The notes: generated by a model not told the origin, from the letters alone. Shown: positions 37,577 through 47,854, counted from the stretch's first letter. The stretch is 64,000 nucleotides of DNA from an uncultured Gammaproteobacteria bacterium (GCA_964497535.1 CAZCCG010000002.1:104227-168226), one strand, 5' to 3'. Translations and numbers: made by a program.

Positions 37577-38821
37577 ATGCAAAAGCCAGGTGAACATATT
37601 TCTTTGTGGATCAAAACCGCACCCTCAACAGATTATCCATCGCTGAGAAAAGATACTACGGTAGACGTCGTAATTATAGGTGGAGGAATTGCCGGTATAA
37701 CTACTGCATATTTTCTCAAGGAAAAAGGGTTGAAAGTGGCACTCTGTGAAGCAGACAGGATTGTAAAAAATGTCACAGGGTACACAACCGCAAAAGTACC
37801 CTCACTTCATGATGTTATTTATAACCCCATCTCGAAATCATACGGCAAAGACCAGGCACAACTTTATGCGGATGCTAATCAAGATGCAATTGAAATGCTT
37901 GCGGCAATTATCAAAAAAAACAACATTGATTGTGACTTTATAAGAAAGGATTCTTATACCTATACTCAAGAGAATCAATATATTGACGATCTAAAAAAAG
38001 AAGCAACTACAGCAAAAGATATTGGACTTCCGGCAGAATTTACAACCGAGGTTCCCTTGCCATTCAAAGTAAAAGCTGCGGTATGTTTTAAAAATCAAGC
38101 TCAATTTCATCCCCGCAAGTACTTATTGGCACTGAGCAAAACTATTGCTGATAATAAAAATTTCCTTTTTGAACAAACCCGTGCATTGAAGATTCGAGAA
38201 GGTGAACCGTGTATTGTAGAAACTGCTACATCGAGCATCAAAGCAAAATACATTGTTATAGCAACACATTTCCCTATTTTTGATGAGAATCATTTTTATG
38301 CCCGCATGTATCAACAACGGTCATATGTACTTGCAGCAAAAATAAAAAGCAAACTTCCGAGTGGAATGTTTATTAGCATTGAGCATCCATTTCATACCTT
38401 TCGTACACAAAGGGACGGAATGGATGAATTACTTATATTTGGTGGACAAGACCACAAAAGCGGACAAGGAGGAGATACACAAAAGCGTTATAATTTACTT
38501 GAAAAAAAACTAAAAGAATGGTATTCCCTTTCCTCTATCAAATATAGCTGGTCAACACAAGACAATATGACTCCCGATAAAATTCCCTATGTTGGTAGAT
38601 CAACCAAAAAATCTAAATATATATTTGTGGCAACAGGATTTAATGGATGGGGTATGACCAACTCTGTCGTTGCAGCACAACTTCTAACAGACCTGATAAC
38701 CGGCAAAAAAAATCCATTAGAAAAATTATATGATCCATCGCGGCTCACCCTACAACAAACCAAAGAACTCATTGCACAAAATATTAATACCGGTATAGAA
38801 CTTGTGAAAGGAAAAGTATGA
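37577..38821 (+). CDS. FAD-dependent oxidoreductase (DAO family)
   Basis: FAD-binding motif VDVVIIGGGIAGITTAYFL at the N-terminus. Confidence 0.75.
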   Translation: MQKPGEHISLWIKTAPSTDYPSLRKDTTVDVVIIGGGIAGITTAYFLKEKGLKVALCEADRIVKNVTGYTTAKVPSLHDVIYNPISKSYGKDQAQLYADANQDAIEMLAAIIKKNNIDCDFIRKDSYTYTQENQYIDDLKKEATTAKDIGLPAEFTTEVPLPFKVKAAVCFKNQAQFHPRKYLLALSKTIADNKNFLFEQTRALKIREGEPCIVETATSSIKAKYIVIATHFPIFDENHFYARMYQQRSYVLAAKIKSKLPSGMFISIEHPFHTFRTQRDGMDELLIFGGQDHKSGQGGDTQKRYNLLEKKLKEWYSLSSIKYSWSTQDNMTPDKIPYVGRSTKKSKYIFVATGFNGWGMTNSVVAAQLLTDLITGKKNPLEKLYDPSRLTLQQTKELIAQNINTGIELVKGKV

Positions 38822-39126
38822 CCAAAAAAATAAATAAAGTATCAGACTTAAAAAACGGACAAGCAACAGTTATTGAATCAGGGAAGGAGAAAATCGCTGT
38901 ATATAAAGACATGAAAGGGAAAATCCACTCAGTTTCTGCAGTTTGTACCCATATGGGCTGCATTGTACTCTGGAATAATGCTGAGCTCACATGGGATTGT
39001 CCCTGTCATGGATCCAGATTCTCTTTTGAAGGAAAAGTAATTCAAAGCCCGGCAAATACTGACTTACCTGTAAAACCAATTCCTCACAAAAACCATGAAT
39101 GCGAGAACTGCGAATGTAAGAGTTAA
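38818..39126 (+). CDS. Rieske [2Fe-2S] domain protein
   Basis: CTHMGC ... CPCHGS (CxH...CxxH). ATGA overlap with the upstream oxidoreductase suggests translational coupling. Confidence 0.8.
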   Translation: MTKKINKVSDLKNGQATVIESGKEKIAVYKDMKGKIHSVSAVCTHMGCIVLWNNAELTWDCPCHGSRFSFEGKVIQSPANTDLPVKPIPHKNHECENCECKS

Positions 39127-39143
39127 ACTTTTAACCTACCAAA

Positions 39144-39347
39144 TTACTCGTACTCATCATACTCAGTATTGGTTTCCTCTCTTTCTTTCATTTTTTCATC
39201 AGCATCTTTTTGCTTGATTTTCCCTTTTACTTTTTGGATACCCCCTTTAATCCCTTTTACAGGATTTACAGAATGCTGATTCCAGTCGCCTTTTGCTTCA
39301 TCTACCATGCCTTCTGTTTTTTCTTTTAAATCATCTGCCATTCCCAT
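39144..39347 (-). CDS. Small highly charged protein, possibly CsbD-like stress protein
   Basis: 67 aa, Lys/Glu-rich, with KGxxKEA-like motifs. Confidence 0.3.
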   Translation of the reverse strand: MGMADDLKEKTEGMVDEAKGDWNQHSVNPVKGIKGGIQKVKGKIKQKDADEKMKEREETNTEYDEYE

Positions 39348-39445
39348 ACTATCACCTCCTTTTATTACCCTAGTCTAATCTTTTAAACTCTGTTTTGAAT
39401 AAAAAGACCGTAATAAACCCGTAATAACTACGGTATAATGGGCAT

Positions 39446-40273
39446 ATGAAAAGCCGGAACAAACCCACAAAAATCATAGGGGTCCTCAATATAACTCCTG
39501 ATTCCTTTTCTGATGGAGGACAATTTTTGGATCCTCAAGCAGCAATAAAACGAGCGCTTACCATGATCCACGAAGGAGCTGATATCATTGATGTCGGTGG
39601 GCAGTCGTCACGGCCCGGAAGTGAACCCATATCACCACAAGAAGAATTGGATCGAGTTTTGCCTGTTATCACAGAGTTAAAAAAGCTGGTTCCCTCCCAT
39701 GTCAGGCTTTCTATTGACACCTATCATGCTCTTGTTGCGCAGATTGCCCTGGAAGCAGGGATACATATGGTAAATAGTCTGGGAGGGTTTCTCTTTGATC
39801 CATCCCTGGCGCAGATTATCCGACACTATAATTGTGAGATTATTATCTATCATATTAAAGGTACGCCAAAAACTATGCAAAAAACTATTATCTATACCGA
39901 TATTATCCAGGAGATCAAAGAATTTTTTAAACAACAAATTGACATAGGCAAAAAGCACGGAATTGAAAAAAATAAATTCTTACTTGATCCGGGTATTGGA
40001 TTTGGAAAAAGTAGTAACCATAATCTTGAGATTATCCGCAAGTTTGAGAAATTTTCAACTTTTGATATACCTCTTGTTATCGGAATCTCACGAAAAAGCC
40101 ACCTGGGTATAATCCTACAAGAAAAACTGGGTATAGAAACAAAACCGGATGAACGACTTGAAGCGTCTCTGGCAGAAACCGCAATCGCGGTACTTAAAGG
40201 TGCATCAATAATAAGAACCCATGATGTAAAAGAAACCAGAAAGTTTCTGGCAATCTTAGATGAGTTAAAATAA
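39446..40273 (+). CDS. folP: Dihydropteroate synthase
   Basis: IIGVLNITPDSFSDGG and DVGGQSSRPG pterin-binding motifs. Confidence 0.9.
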   Translation: MKSRNKPTKIIGVLNITPDSFSDGGQFLDPQAAIKRALTMIHEGADIIDVGGQSSRPGSEPISPQEELDRVLPVITELKKLVPSHVRLSIDTYHALVAQIALEAGIHMVNSLGGFLFDPSLAQIIRHYNCEIIIYHIKGTPKTMQKTIIYTDIIQEIKEFFKQQIDIGKKHGIEKNKFLLDPGIGFGKSSNHNLEIIRKFEKFSTFDIPLVIGISRKSHLGIILQEKLGIETKPDERLEASLAETAIAVLKGASIIRTHDVKETRKFLAILDELK

Positions 40274-40304
40274 TCTATACTGTCATCACAAGAAACAACT
40301 ATAA

Positions 40305-40371
40305 TTGTCATTGCGAGGAACCCTTCGACTTACTATGTTCACTCAGGGTGACGAAGCAATCTCAATGACAA
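40305..40371 (+). other. Long imperfect inverted repeat in the folP-folK spacer (TTGTCATTG...CAATGACAA outer stem, nested CTTCGAC/GACGAAG)
   Basis: A 9-bp outer stem plus inner pairings seen directly. A TATAAT lies at 40301-40306. Confidence 0.3.
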
Positions 40372-40396
40372 AAATATATAGAATAAAACAAAAACT

Positions 40397-40885
40397 ATGC
40401 ATAAAGTAATACTGGCACTGGGATCAAATGTTGGGAATAAACAGGAAAATATTAGCAAAGCTGTTGATTCATTACACATCCTATTGGAAGATATTCATGT
40501 TGCGAATTTGTATCGTTCACATGCTGTTGGATTTACCGAGCAGGATGATTTCATAAATACGGCAGTGAGGGGATATACTAATCTATCTCCTCAAGAGTTA
40601 TTGGAGAGAATAAAAAAACTCGAAAAAAAACTGGGAAGGAAAAAGAGATTCCGTTGGGGACCACGAGAAATAGACATTGATATTATTTTTTATGATGATC
40701 AAATAATTCAGACAGAACTGTTGGAACTACCCCACCCCAGAATGCATGAGCGGGATTTTGTCCTCCAACCATTAACAGATCTCCAGCCACAGTTACTCCA
40801 TCCGGTTTTGAATAAAACAGTCCAAACTCTTTTGGAAGAACTACCGCCGGAGTCTCATTCAATCGTGGAAAAACTCTACAGCTAG
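40397..40885 (+). CDS. folK: 6-hydroxymethyl-7,8-dihydropterin pyrophosphokinase
   Basis: [10 protein letters not shown] start, [12 protein letters not shown] and [14 protein letters not shown] motifs. Confidence 0.85.
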   Translation: MHKVILALGSNVGNKQENISKAVDSLHILLEDIHVANLYRSHAVGFTEQDDFINTAVRGYTNLSPQELLERIKKLEKKLGRKKRFRWGPREIDIDIIFYDDQIIQTELLELPHPRMHERDFVLQPLTDLQPQLLHPVLNKTVQTLLEELPPESHSIVEKLYS

Positions 40886-40907
40886 ACACATCCGGTGTGT
40901 GCTACAA
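40882..40907 (-). repeat. REP-like element, copy E (short form, reverse orientation) between folK and folE
   Basis: GCTAGACACATCCGGTGTGTGCTAC; it overlaps the folK stop codon. Confidence 0.5.
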
Positions 40908-40917
40908 TCCCAGAGTT

Positions 40918-41475
40918 ATGAAGCGGACGAAAATTCAACATCTTATATCTCAATTACTCAAGGAGCTCGGGGAAGATCCAGGACGTGAAGGACTTAAAAA
41001 GACTCCAGAACGTGTTGAAAAAATGCTGGAATATCTTACCAGTGGCTACAAAACTTCTTCCAAAAAAATCGTGAACAATGCTATTTATACCCACGAAGTG
41101 AGCAATATGGTGATTTTGAAAAATATTGAGCTTTATAGTCTATGCGAGCACCATATGCTCCCTTTTTTTGGTAAATGCCATATCGGATATATCGCAAATG
41201 GCAAAGTATTGGGAGTAAGCAAACTTGCCAGAATTGTCGATATGTATTCCAGACGGCTACAAATACAGGAACGGCTCACTGAGCAAATTGCCCATGAAAT
41301 TATGGAAGTAACTCGACCCTTGGGAGTAGGGGTAGTAATTGAAGCACAACATCTGTGTATGATGATGCGAGGGGTGGAAAAACAAAATTCAGTAATGGTA
41401 ACATCATCGGTTTTGGGAAACTTCCGTACCCAACAGGCAACCCGGGAAGAATTCCTCACCCTCATCCACAGATAA
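40918..41475 (+). CDS. folE: GTP cyclohydrolase I
   Basis: [16 protein letters not shown] and the QERLT motif. Start trimmed to the ATG at 40918; the ORF track begins at a GTG inside REP copy E. Confidence 0.9.
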   Translation: MKRTKIQHLISQLLKELGEDPGREGLKKTPERVEKMLEYLTSGYKTSSKKIVNNAIYTHEVSNMVILKNIELYSLCEHHMLPFFGKCHIGYIANGKVLGVSKLARIVDMYSRRLQIQERLTEQIAHEIMEVTRPLGVGVVIEAQHLCMMMRGVEKQNSVMVTSSVLGNFRTQQATREEFLTLIHR

Positions 41476-41593
41476 TTCCTGGTTTGAATCCTGACCTTCC
41501 ATGCCTCATTTAGCCTCATGTATATTGATAAAATACTTAAGCGATGGTAATCAAAGCTTGCAATGAACTGAGAAACATCACTACAATTAAGAA

Positions 41594-42304
41594 GTGGAAA
41601 TTAAGACAAAAGTATTTAAAGATATTTTTTCTAATGATATTCTCATTGTCGGTGAAGCAGGAATAATAATCAGAAGAGGAAACTTATTTCCATTCCCATC
41701 CTTTAATGGATCGTTTTATACAGATAAAATATTACTTTACTCAGAGATTGCCTCTATCGATTCTTATCCAGCTATTCCTTTAATAAATCGTGGATTTATT
41801 CATTTTATAATGAAAGGGGATACACGCCATTGGATAACTGGATGGTTGGCTTCTTGTTATTATATTCTAGAACCTTTATTTGTTTGGTATAGTTTCATGG
41901 GAAATAATCAATTTAAGGAGGCACTTGTGCTCATTCAGCAACGAATGAATGGTAGCCCAGCTATAACTCAAAAACAGATAGATTTGCTGCATGCATTAGC
42001 ACCTTATCAGAAACGTTCATGGGTAGGAATTCTACTTAGCTATGGCATACTTTTAATTAGTGTGTTTGTAATTTACATATTCGGGATAAATATACTTTAT
42101 GGAATAGGTGATATTTTGAAGTTCATTAGTAATTTATTCCCGGAGTTAGATCCTTTAGCTCTATTTATTCCACTCTTTATTTTGATGATAATCATTTTTC
42201 AAATAGTTCCAATGTTTCTCAATTTTATTGGGAATATTTATATAACTCGTAAGCAAATTCAACAGCTCAACAAGGAAATCTCAGATCTAGAAAGATCATC
42301 GTAA
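41594..42304 (+). CDS. Hypothetical polytopic membrane protein
   Basis: Several TM helices; no recognised motif. Confidence 0.4.
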   Translation: MEIKTKVFKDIFSNDILIVGEAGIIIRRGNLFPFPSFNGSFYTDKILLYSEIASIDSYPAIPLINRGFIHFIMKGDTRHWITGWLASCYYILEPLFVWYSFMGNNQFKEALVLIQQRMNGSPAITQKQIDLLHALAPYQKRSWVGILLSYGILLISVFVIYIFGINILYGIGDILKFISNLFPELDPLALFIPLFILMIIIFQIVPMFLNFIGNIYITRKQIQQLNKEISDLERSS

Positions 42305-42452
42305 AAAGTTCCGACATAGTAGTTCGGCTTCTCTCACTATCTTCGATCCAGAAGAACAATGCTCAATTTAGCCTTAGAAAGCCGTTAAAAATGCCATGCC
42401 CCTGTTTGGATTAATAGTTTTCAATAGATTAAAAGTGTTGTAGAATAGTTTT

Positions 42453-43046
42453 ATGAGAAAGATTGTTGTTCTTGAATTTATTACCCTTGATGGCATCATG
42501 CAGGCACCGGGTGGACCAAAAGAAGATACGTCTGGCGGTTTCAAATATGGCGGGTGGACAGCTCCTTATTTTGATACAGTGTCGGGAAAAGAAATGGAAA
42601 AGCAGATGAAAGGAAAATATGATCTTCTTCTTGGACACAAAACGTATGACATCTGGACGGGATATTGGCCAGAGCATACAGAAGGGTGGCCACAAGTAAA
42701 CAAAATTACAAAATATGTTGTCTCAAAAACCTTAAAAAACCCAACATGGGAAAATACTGTAGTGATAAAAGATATTAAAGAATTAAAAAAACTAAAGAAC
42801 TCAAACGGTCCGACTCTGCAGGTGTACGGAAGCAGTATTCTTGTCCAGACATTAATGGAGTATGATTTGGTAGATGAATTTTGGCTTAAAATATTTCCTA
42901 TTACTCTTGGAACCGGAAAACGGTTGTTTGATAAAGGGACAATACCTGCTTCTTTTACACTCGTTGAATCTAAAATTTCCCCAAGTGGTGTAATTTTTGC
43001 TTCATACAAACGTGCAGGAAAAGTCAAAACGGGAGTCATAGAATAA
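42453..43046 (+). CDS. Dihydrofolate reductase family protein (RibD C-terminal domain-like)
   Basis: MRKIVVLEFITLDGIMQAPGGP start, typical of the RibD_C/YwjB DHFR-like family. Confidence 0.7.
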   Translation: MRKIVVLEFITLDGIMQAPGGPKEDTSGGFKYGGWTAPYFDTVSGKEMEKQMKGKYDLLLGHKTYDIWTGYWPEHTEGWPQVNKITKYVVSKTLKNPTWENTVVIKDIKELKKLKNSNGPTLQVYGSSILVQTLMEYDLVDEFWLKIFPITLGTGKRLFDKGTIPASFTLVESKISPSGVIFASYKRAGKVKTGVIE

Positions 43047-43069
43047 AAAGTTCCCACAAGATTGTACTT

Positions 43070-43369
43070 TTGCAAAAGGGAATTCCCCCAGATATAATAT
43101 CTTCAATGGATAACAAGAAAAGATGCCAGAGTTGTGGTATGCCTCTATCAGATACATTTAATAACTACGGAACAAACGCTGACGGGTCAAAAAATCCACT
43201 GTTTTGTACGTTTTGTTTTCAGAAAGGAAATTTCACCAATCCCAATCAGACTCTTGAAGAAATGATCCAATCATCCATAAAGAACATGACAGAGGATCAA
43301 GGACTAGAGCCTGATCAAGCAGACAAATTAGCCAGACAGGTTATTCCACAACTCGGCCGTTGGACCTAA
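43070..43369 (+). CDS. Hypothetical zinc-ribbon protein
   Basis: CQSCG...CTFC four-Cys arrangement. Confidence 0.35.
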   Translation: MQKGIPPDIISSMDNKKRCQSCGMPLSDTFNNYGTNADGSKNPLFCTFCFQKGNFTNPNQTLEEMIQSSIKNMTEDQGLEPDQADKLARQVIPQLGRWT

Positions 43370-43381
43370 ATCCTCTTCATT

Positions 43382-44122
43382 ATGAATTTGATAAAAACAA
43401 AAAGCTTTGAACTGGCTATCTATACCCAGGGCAATCCTAATTCTGAAAAATTTGCACTCGTTTTGCCAGGAAAACTCGATACAAAAGATTACTCACATAT
43501 GAGAAGCCACGTGGAATACCTTGCCAATCAAGGATACTTTGCTCTTTCTTTCGATCCACCCGGAACCTGGGAAAGTCCGGGAGATATAAGGCTTTATACA
43601 ATGACGAATTACTTAAAAGTTATAAATGAACTAATAGAATCGTATGGGAATAAACCAACTTTTTTGATGGGTCACAGTAGAGGTGGAACAATGGCAATAT
43701 TAGTAGGGACCTCCAATCCTCTGGTAACAGGTTTTGTAGCAATTTTCTCAGGATTTATAAATGGACGGGGTGAAGAAGATTTAGAATGGAAAGAAAAAGG
43801 AATGTATGTCTCAATGCGTGATTTACCTCCCGGTGGAGGATCGAAAGAAAAACAATTTGAATTACCATATAGTTTTCTGAAAGATGAAAGAAATTATGAT
43901 ATTACTCAAGGATTAGAAACATCGGATAAACCCAAACTTTTTATGCTTGGCTTACAAGATAATCTAGTTCAACCACAAATAATAAGAGAAACATATAATC
44001 TAGCAGCAGAACCAAAACAACTATATGAAATGAATTCCAACCATGATTATAGACATGACCAAACATTGATAGAAGAAGTTAATAATAGAGTTGGAAAATT
44101 TATAAAAGATTTTAATTTATAA
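43382..44122 (+). CDS. Alpha/beta hydrolase
   Basis: GHSRGG nucleophile elbow (GxSxG). Confidence 0.65.
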   Translation: MNLIKTKSFELAIYTQGNPNSEKFALVLPGKLDTKDYSHMRSHVEYLANQGYFALSFDPPGTWESPGDIRLYTMTNYLKVINELIESYGNKPTFLMGHSRGGTMAILVGTSNPLVTGFVAIFSGFINGRGEEDLEWKEKGMYVSMRDLPPGGGSKEKQFELPYSFLKDERNYDITQGLETSDKPKLFMLGLQDNLVQPQIIRETYNLAAEPKQLYEMNSNHDYRHDQTLIEEVNNRVGKFIKDFNL

Positions 44123-44125
44123 ACG

Positions 44126-44698
44126 ATGACAGTTTCTACAAAAATCAGATGTGAATGGGTGAGTACAGATTCCCTTGATATTGCATATCATGATACGGAA
44201 TGGGGTAGGCCTGTCCATGATGATAAAAAACTCTTTGAATTTATAACACTGGAAGGTGCACAAGCAGGACTATCGTGGACAACAATTTTAAAAAAAAGAG
44301 AAAACTATAGAAAAGCTTTTGACTTATTCGATGTAAAAAAAATTGCAAAATATGATTCCAAAAAAGTTACTTCCCTTCTTGCAGATAGTGGCATTATCAG
44401 AAACAAACTAAAAATTGCCGCAACGATTCAAAACGCAAAAGCATTTATCGCTGTACAAAAAGAATTTGGAAGTTTTGATACATATATCTGGCAATTTGTA
44501 GAGAATAAACCAATCAAAAACTCATTTAAAACACTCAGTGACTATCCAACCAAAACAAAAGTTGCCGAAAAAATGAGTAAGGATTTACTATCAAGAGGAT
44601 TTAAATTTGTCGGCCCTACCATTTGTTATGCTTTCATGCAGGCTGTTGGGATGACAAATGACCATCAGCTGCAATGCTTCCGTTATAACAACGTCTAA
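44126..44698 (+). CDS. tag: DNA-3-methyladenine glycosylase I
   Basis: HDTEWGRPVHDD ... EFITLEGAQAGLSWTTIL are canonical Tag motifs. Confidence 0.85.
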   Translation: MTVSTKIRCEWVSTDSLDIAYHDTEWGRPVHDDKKLFEFITLEGAQAGLSWTTILKKRENYRKAFDLFDVKKIAKYDSKKVTSLLADSGIIRNKLKIAATIQNAKAFIAVQKEFGSFDTYIWQFVENKPIKNSFKTLSDYPTKTKVAEKMSKDLLSRGFKFVGPTICYAFMQAVGMTNDHQLQCFRYNNV

Positions 44699-44720
44699 CA
44701 TTTTTGATATACTTCTATCA

Positions 44721-45290
44721 ATGAATTTAATATTTATCAGACATTCAAAATCCCTGGTTAACCCACATATTCCTATCACTACTTGGGGACTCTCGCAAGA
44801 AGGCGTTGTTTTGGCAAAAAAGTTGCAAGATCTTACACAGATAAAAACTCTGGATGTGATTTATGTAAGTTTGCAGCCGAAAGCATTGGAGACAGCTCTC
44901 CTGGCAACAAAAAATCTGGGAATTCCTATAAAAACAGATGACAACCTTACAGAATCGACTTCTTTTACCGCTAAGTTTGTAAGTGTTGAGCAGCTAGATA
45001 AAAATACAAAAGATTATTATTCCAGTAAAGACAAAAGTATTAACGGCGGAGAGACTTCGCACGTTGCAGTAAATCGTTTTAACAATGTAATAAGCGATAT
45101 TGTAAAAAGAGAAAAAGACAAACAAAATATAGGAATTGTTTCTCATGGTAATATTTTGGCCGACTTTACAATGCAATATGCCAAAGGAAATGCATATGAA
45201 CTGGTGGAAAAAATGAAACAGCCCGACATTGCGGTTTTTGATTGGAATACCAAAAAGTTTACCATTTTTTTTGGAGATATTACACTCTAA
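44721..45290 (+). CDS. Histidine phosphatase family protein (phosphoglycerate mutase-like)
   Basis: RHSKS (RHG-like) motif at the N-terminus after trimming to the ATG at 44721. The H of HGN lies near SHGNILA. Confidence 0.6.
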   Translation: MNLIFIRHSKSLVNPHIPITTWGLSQEGVVLAKKLQDLTQIKTLDVIYVSLQPKALETALLATKNLGIPIKTDDNLTESTSFTAKFVSVEQLDKNTKDYYSSKDKSINGGETSHVAVNRFNNVISDIVKREKDKQNIGIVSHGNILADFTMQYAKGNAYELVEKMKQPDIAVFDWNTKKFTIFFGDITL

Positions 45291-45315
45291 CAACCTTATT
45301 ATAAAAATTTAGAAC

Positions 45316-45873
45316 TTACTTCATTCTTTTATACATGTATACATGGTCGTCGTAATCATTGCCTCGTTTTATTCCTTTTGGTAATACTCCATATGTCACA
45401 AATCCATATTTCTCATACATATGCAGGGCGATTTTATTTTGGGCATAAAGCGTCATGCGTATCAATTCCATTTGTGGCAATTCTTTTTTTGCCACTGTGA
45501 TGATACTATCCAAAAGAATCGTCCCGATCCCCTCTGCACGGGCATCTTTTGCCAATGTTATACCTAACACTCCAACATGAGTATGGATTGCTTCTTCCAT
45601 GATGATTGAAGCAGTTCCTACTAAGGAATCTTTACTCCATACTGTTAACATTATTGCCTTGTGCTGATCAATTTTCTCAAGAAATGATTTCAACCACTTT
45701 TTTTCCGCTTCAAGCGGCACATGTTCTCCCTGAAGTCTGAGAAATATACGTTCCTTCGAAAGCGCGTTGATATAGTCACACAAAATCTGCGCATCAGACA
45801 TCTGAGGATAACAAATAGTAATATCTCTCCCGGTTTTTGATATGCCTTGATAAACAATGCTGTGGTGGTTCAT
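45316..45873 (-). CDS. GNAT family N-acetyltransferase
   Basis: Acetyl-CoA binding region VGVLGITLAKDARAEGIGTILL. Confidence 0.7.
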   Translation of the reverse strand: MNHHSIVYQGISKTGRDITICYPQMSDAQILCDYINALSKERIFLRLQGEHVPLEAEKKWLKSFLEKIDQHKAIMLTVWSKDSLVGTASIIMEEAIHTHVGVLGITLAKDARAEGIGTILLDSIITVAKKELPQMELIRMTLYAQNKIALHMYEKYGFVTYGVLPKGIKRGNDYDDHVYMYKRMK

Positions 45874-45925
45874 TCAACCATTATAACAATTTCTGCTGAG
45901 GAATCTGTCTGCAAATACTGAGGAA

Positions 45926-46189
45926 CTATTTTTTTCTTTCAACTACAATTGAGCACTCCGTAACCAGCGCCGCAATAGCGCCAATTGCTGCCAAAGCCGG
46001 AGCTAACAATGCTCCTACTACGCCAAAAGTTAGGGGAAATTCTACCAAGGTCTTGCCTTGTTTGTCTTTTATAATAATTCGTCTGATATTGCCCTCTTTC
46101 AGCAATTCTTTCACCTTTGCCAAAAGCTGCTCGCCTTTTACCTCAAATGTCTCTTCCGTTGTAGCCGTTTTCTTTGCTTTTGTTGCCAT
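45926..46189 (-). CDS. Small hypothetical protein with C-terminal hydrophobic segment
   Basis: Start trimmed to MATKAKK; resembles the DUF4342-like layout. Confidence 0.35.
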   Translation of the reverse strand: MATKAKKTATTEETFEVKGEQLLAKVKELLKEGNIRRIIIKDKQGKTLVEFPLTFGVVGALLAPALAAIGAIAALVTECSIVVERKK

Positions 46190-46271
46190 AGACCCAGTAT
46201 ACCAAAGATAGAACACATTACAATAGAATTACTCCTTTTCATCCATGCAGTCATATGCTACAGTAGTGCAT

Positions 46272-46305
46272 AATCTGCCCCGAAATACTCAAATCTGCCC
46301 CAAAA
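46272..46305 (+). promoter_or_regulatory. Two direct repeats AATCTGCCCC(G/A)AAA spaced 20 bp apart upstream of the RND efflux operon
   Basis: Seen directly at 46272-46285 and 46292-46305. Confidence 0.3.
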
Positions 46306-46357
46306 CAATAGCATATCTCAATACTACAGCTAATTATATGGTCTCTGACTATATTTT

Positions 46358-47854
46358 TTGATGTGGATCAGTACGTCAATTATTTCTATGAGAATTACAT
46401 CTATAAGAAACTCTGTTATTCACGTTACAAAAAATGCCCATACACGAGGCTTTGTCATATATAGAAAAGTGCGAATAGAGCTTGGCAAAAGACCACTCCT
46501 AGTATTTTTCCTTACGCTTGGCCTTCTGTTACTGTTGATCATTTTAGGAAATCTTTTGCGCAGTCCTACTCAAACTTCTCAAAAACAAGTTACATCGATA
46601 AAGCAAGTTTCAGTATATAACATAGGAAGTGTACCTAAAATACGAGTTCAAGCACAAATTGAAAAATCAGGCGTAGTAACAATTACTTCACTTACTCAAG
46701 GAGTCGTACAAAAAATTCACGCAATCCAGGGAGAGCATGTACGTCGCGGGCAAACACTTATTTCCTTGTCTACTAACTACCAGGGAGGAAATGCACTCTC
46801 AACACAACGTTTGATTACTCAAAAACAGTATGAAAGTACAAAAGATACTTTCCAATTGCAAAAAGAAACGATTGACAAACAAAAAGACCAAGCGCGTAAA
46901 ACTGAGATACAGGCTTCTGAACTGCGTGCAATCCAAGCCCAATCAATCAGCTCTACCCAATCGCTTATCAGCCTCAATAACACGATTCTTTCAACTCTGG
47001 GACAAAATTTAAATCAGTTCCAAGCAAACAATACCGGAGGGATTAATAATCAAAATATCCTTTCCACCCAAATTTTACAGAGTCAATTTCAGAGCGCAAA
47101 TAACCAACTCAACCAGTCTCTTCTCACCGCCCAATACCAGTCGAGTGATACGAATACTCCTGCAGAGCTTGCCAGACTCCAAAGAGACATAACAATCAAA
47201 CAGCTGGAGCTACAACAGAAAACACTTGACTTAAATCTTGAAGTGAGCAAACTTCAACTACAAGTTGCTCAAATCAACGAAGCTACTATGTACCCATCTG
47301 CTCCTTTTTCCAGTACTGTCCAGCGTGTCTTTGTAAAAATGGGAGAAGCTGTTAACCCCGGAACTCCTTTGGTACTACTTGCTCAAGATGTGGAAGATGA
47401 CCCAATTGTAGCAATAGCCTATGTCCCCAAGGATATTGCTGACCAGGTATCTCTGCTTGAACCAAGTGTTTTATATTTTAATGGGAAATCGTACCAAACA
47501 TATCCCTCATATATTAGCCAGGAAGCAATTTCAGGAGAACTCTATGGCATTTATTATCCTATTCCGGATGGATTTAGCGCAGATCTGACCGATAAAGGAT
47601 CAATTCAGGTTGATCTTCCCGTAGGCAGACTCAATACGAGCGCAATCGTCCCCTTCGTACCAATAGATGCAGTATTTCAAACCCAGGATGGCGCCTTTAT
47701 TTATATTGTTACGAAGGGACAGGTCGTAAGCAAAAAAGTAACATTGGGAGCTGTACTGGGCAACCAGGTTGAAATTCTCTCCGGACTGAGTGACAAAGAC
47801 CAGGTAATTCTGAATAGAAATGTAATAGCCGGAGATAAAGTACAAGTAAATTAA
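46358..47854 (+). CDS. Efflux RND transporter periplasmic adaptor (membrane fusion protein)
   Basis: N-terminal TM helix, a lipoyl-like motif GVVQKIHAIQGEHVRRGQTLISL, and a long Q-rich coiled coil. The start codon is uncertain. Confidence 0.65.
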   Translation: MMWISTSIISMRITSIRNSVIHVTKNAHTRGFVIYRKVRIELGKRPLLVFFLTLGLLLLLIILGNLLRSPTQTSQKQVTSIKQVSVYNIGSVPKIRVQAQIEKSGVVTITSLTQGVVQKIHAIQGEHVRRGQTLISLSTNYQGGNALSTQRLITQKQYESTKDTFQLQKETIDKQKDQARKTEIQASELRAIQAQSISSTQSLISLNNTILSTLGQNLNQFQANNTGGINNQNILSTQILQSQFQSANNQLNQSLLTAQYQSSDTNTPAELARLQRDITIKQLELQQKTLDLNLEVSKLQLQVAQINEATMYPSAPFSSTVQRVFVKMGEAVNPGTPLVLLAQDVEDDPIVAIAYVPKDIADQVSLLEPSVLYFNGKSYQTYPSYISQEAISGELYGIYYPIPDGFSADLTDKGSIQVDLPVGRLNTSAIVPFVPIDAVFQTQDGAFIYIVTKGQVVSKKVTLGAVLGNQVEILSGLSDKDQVILNRNVIAGDKVQVN

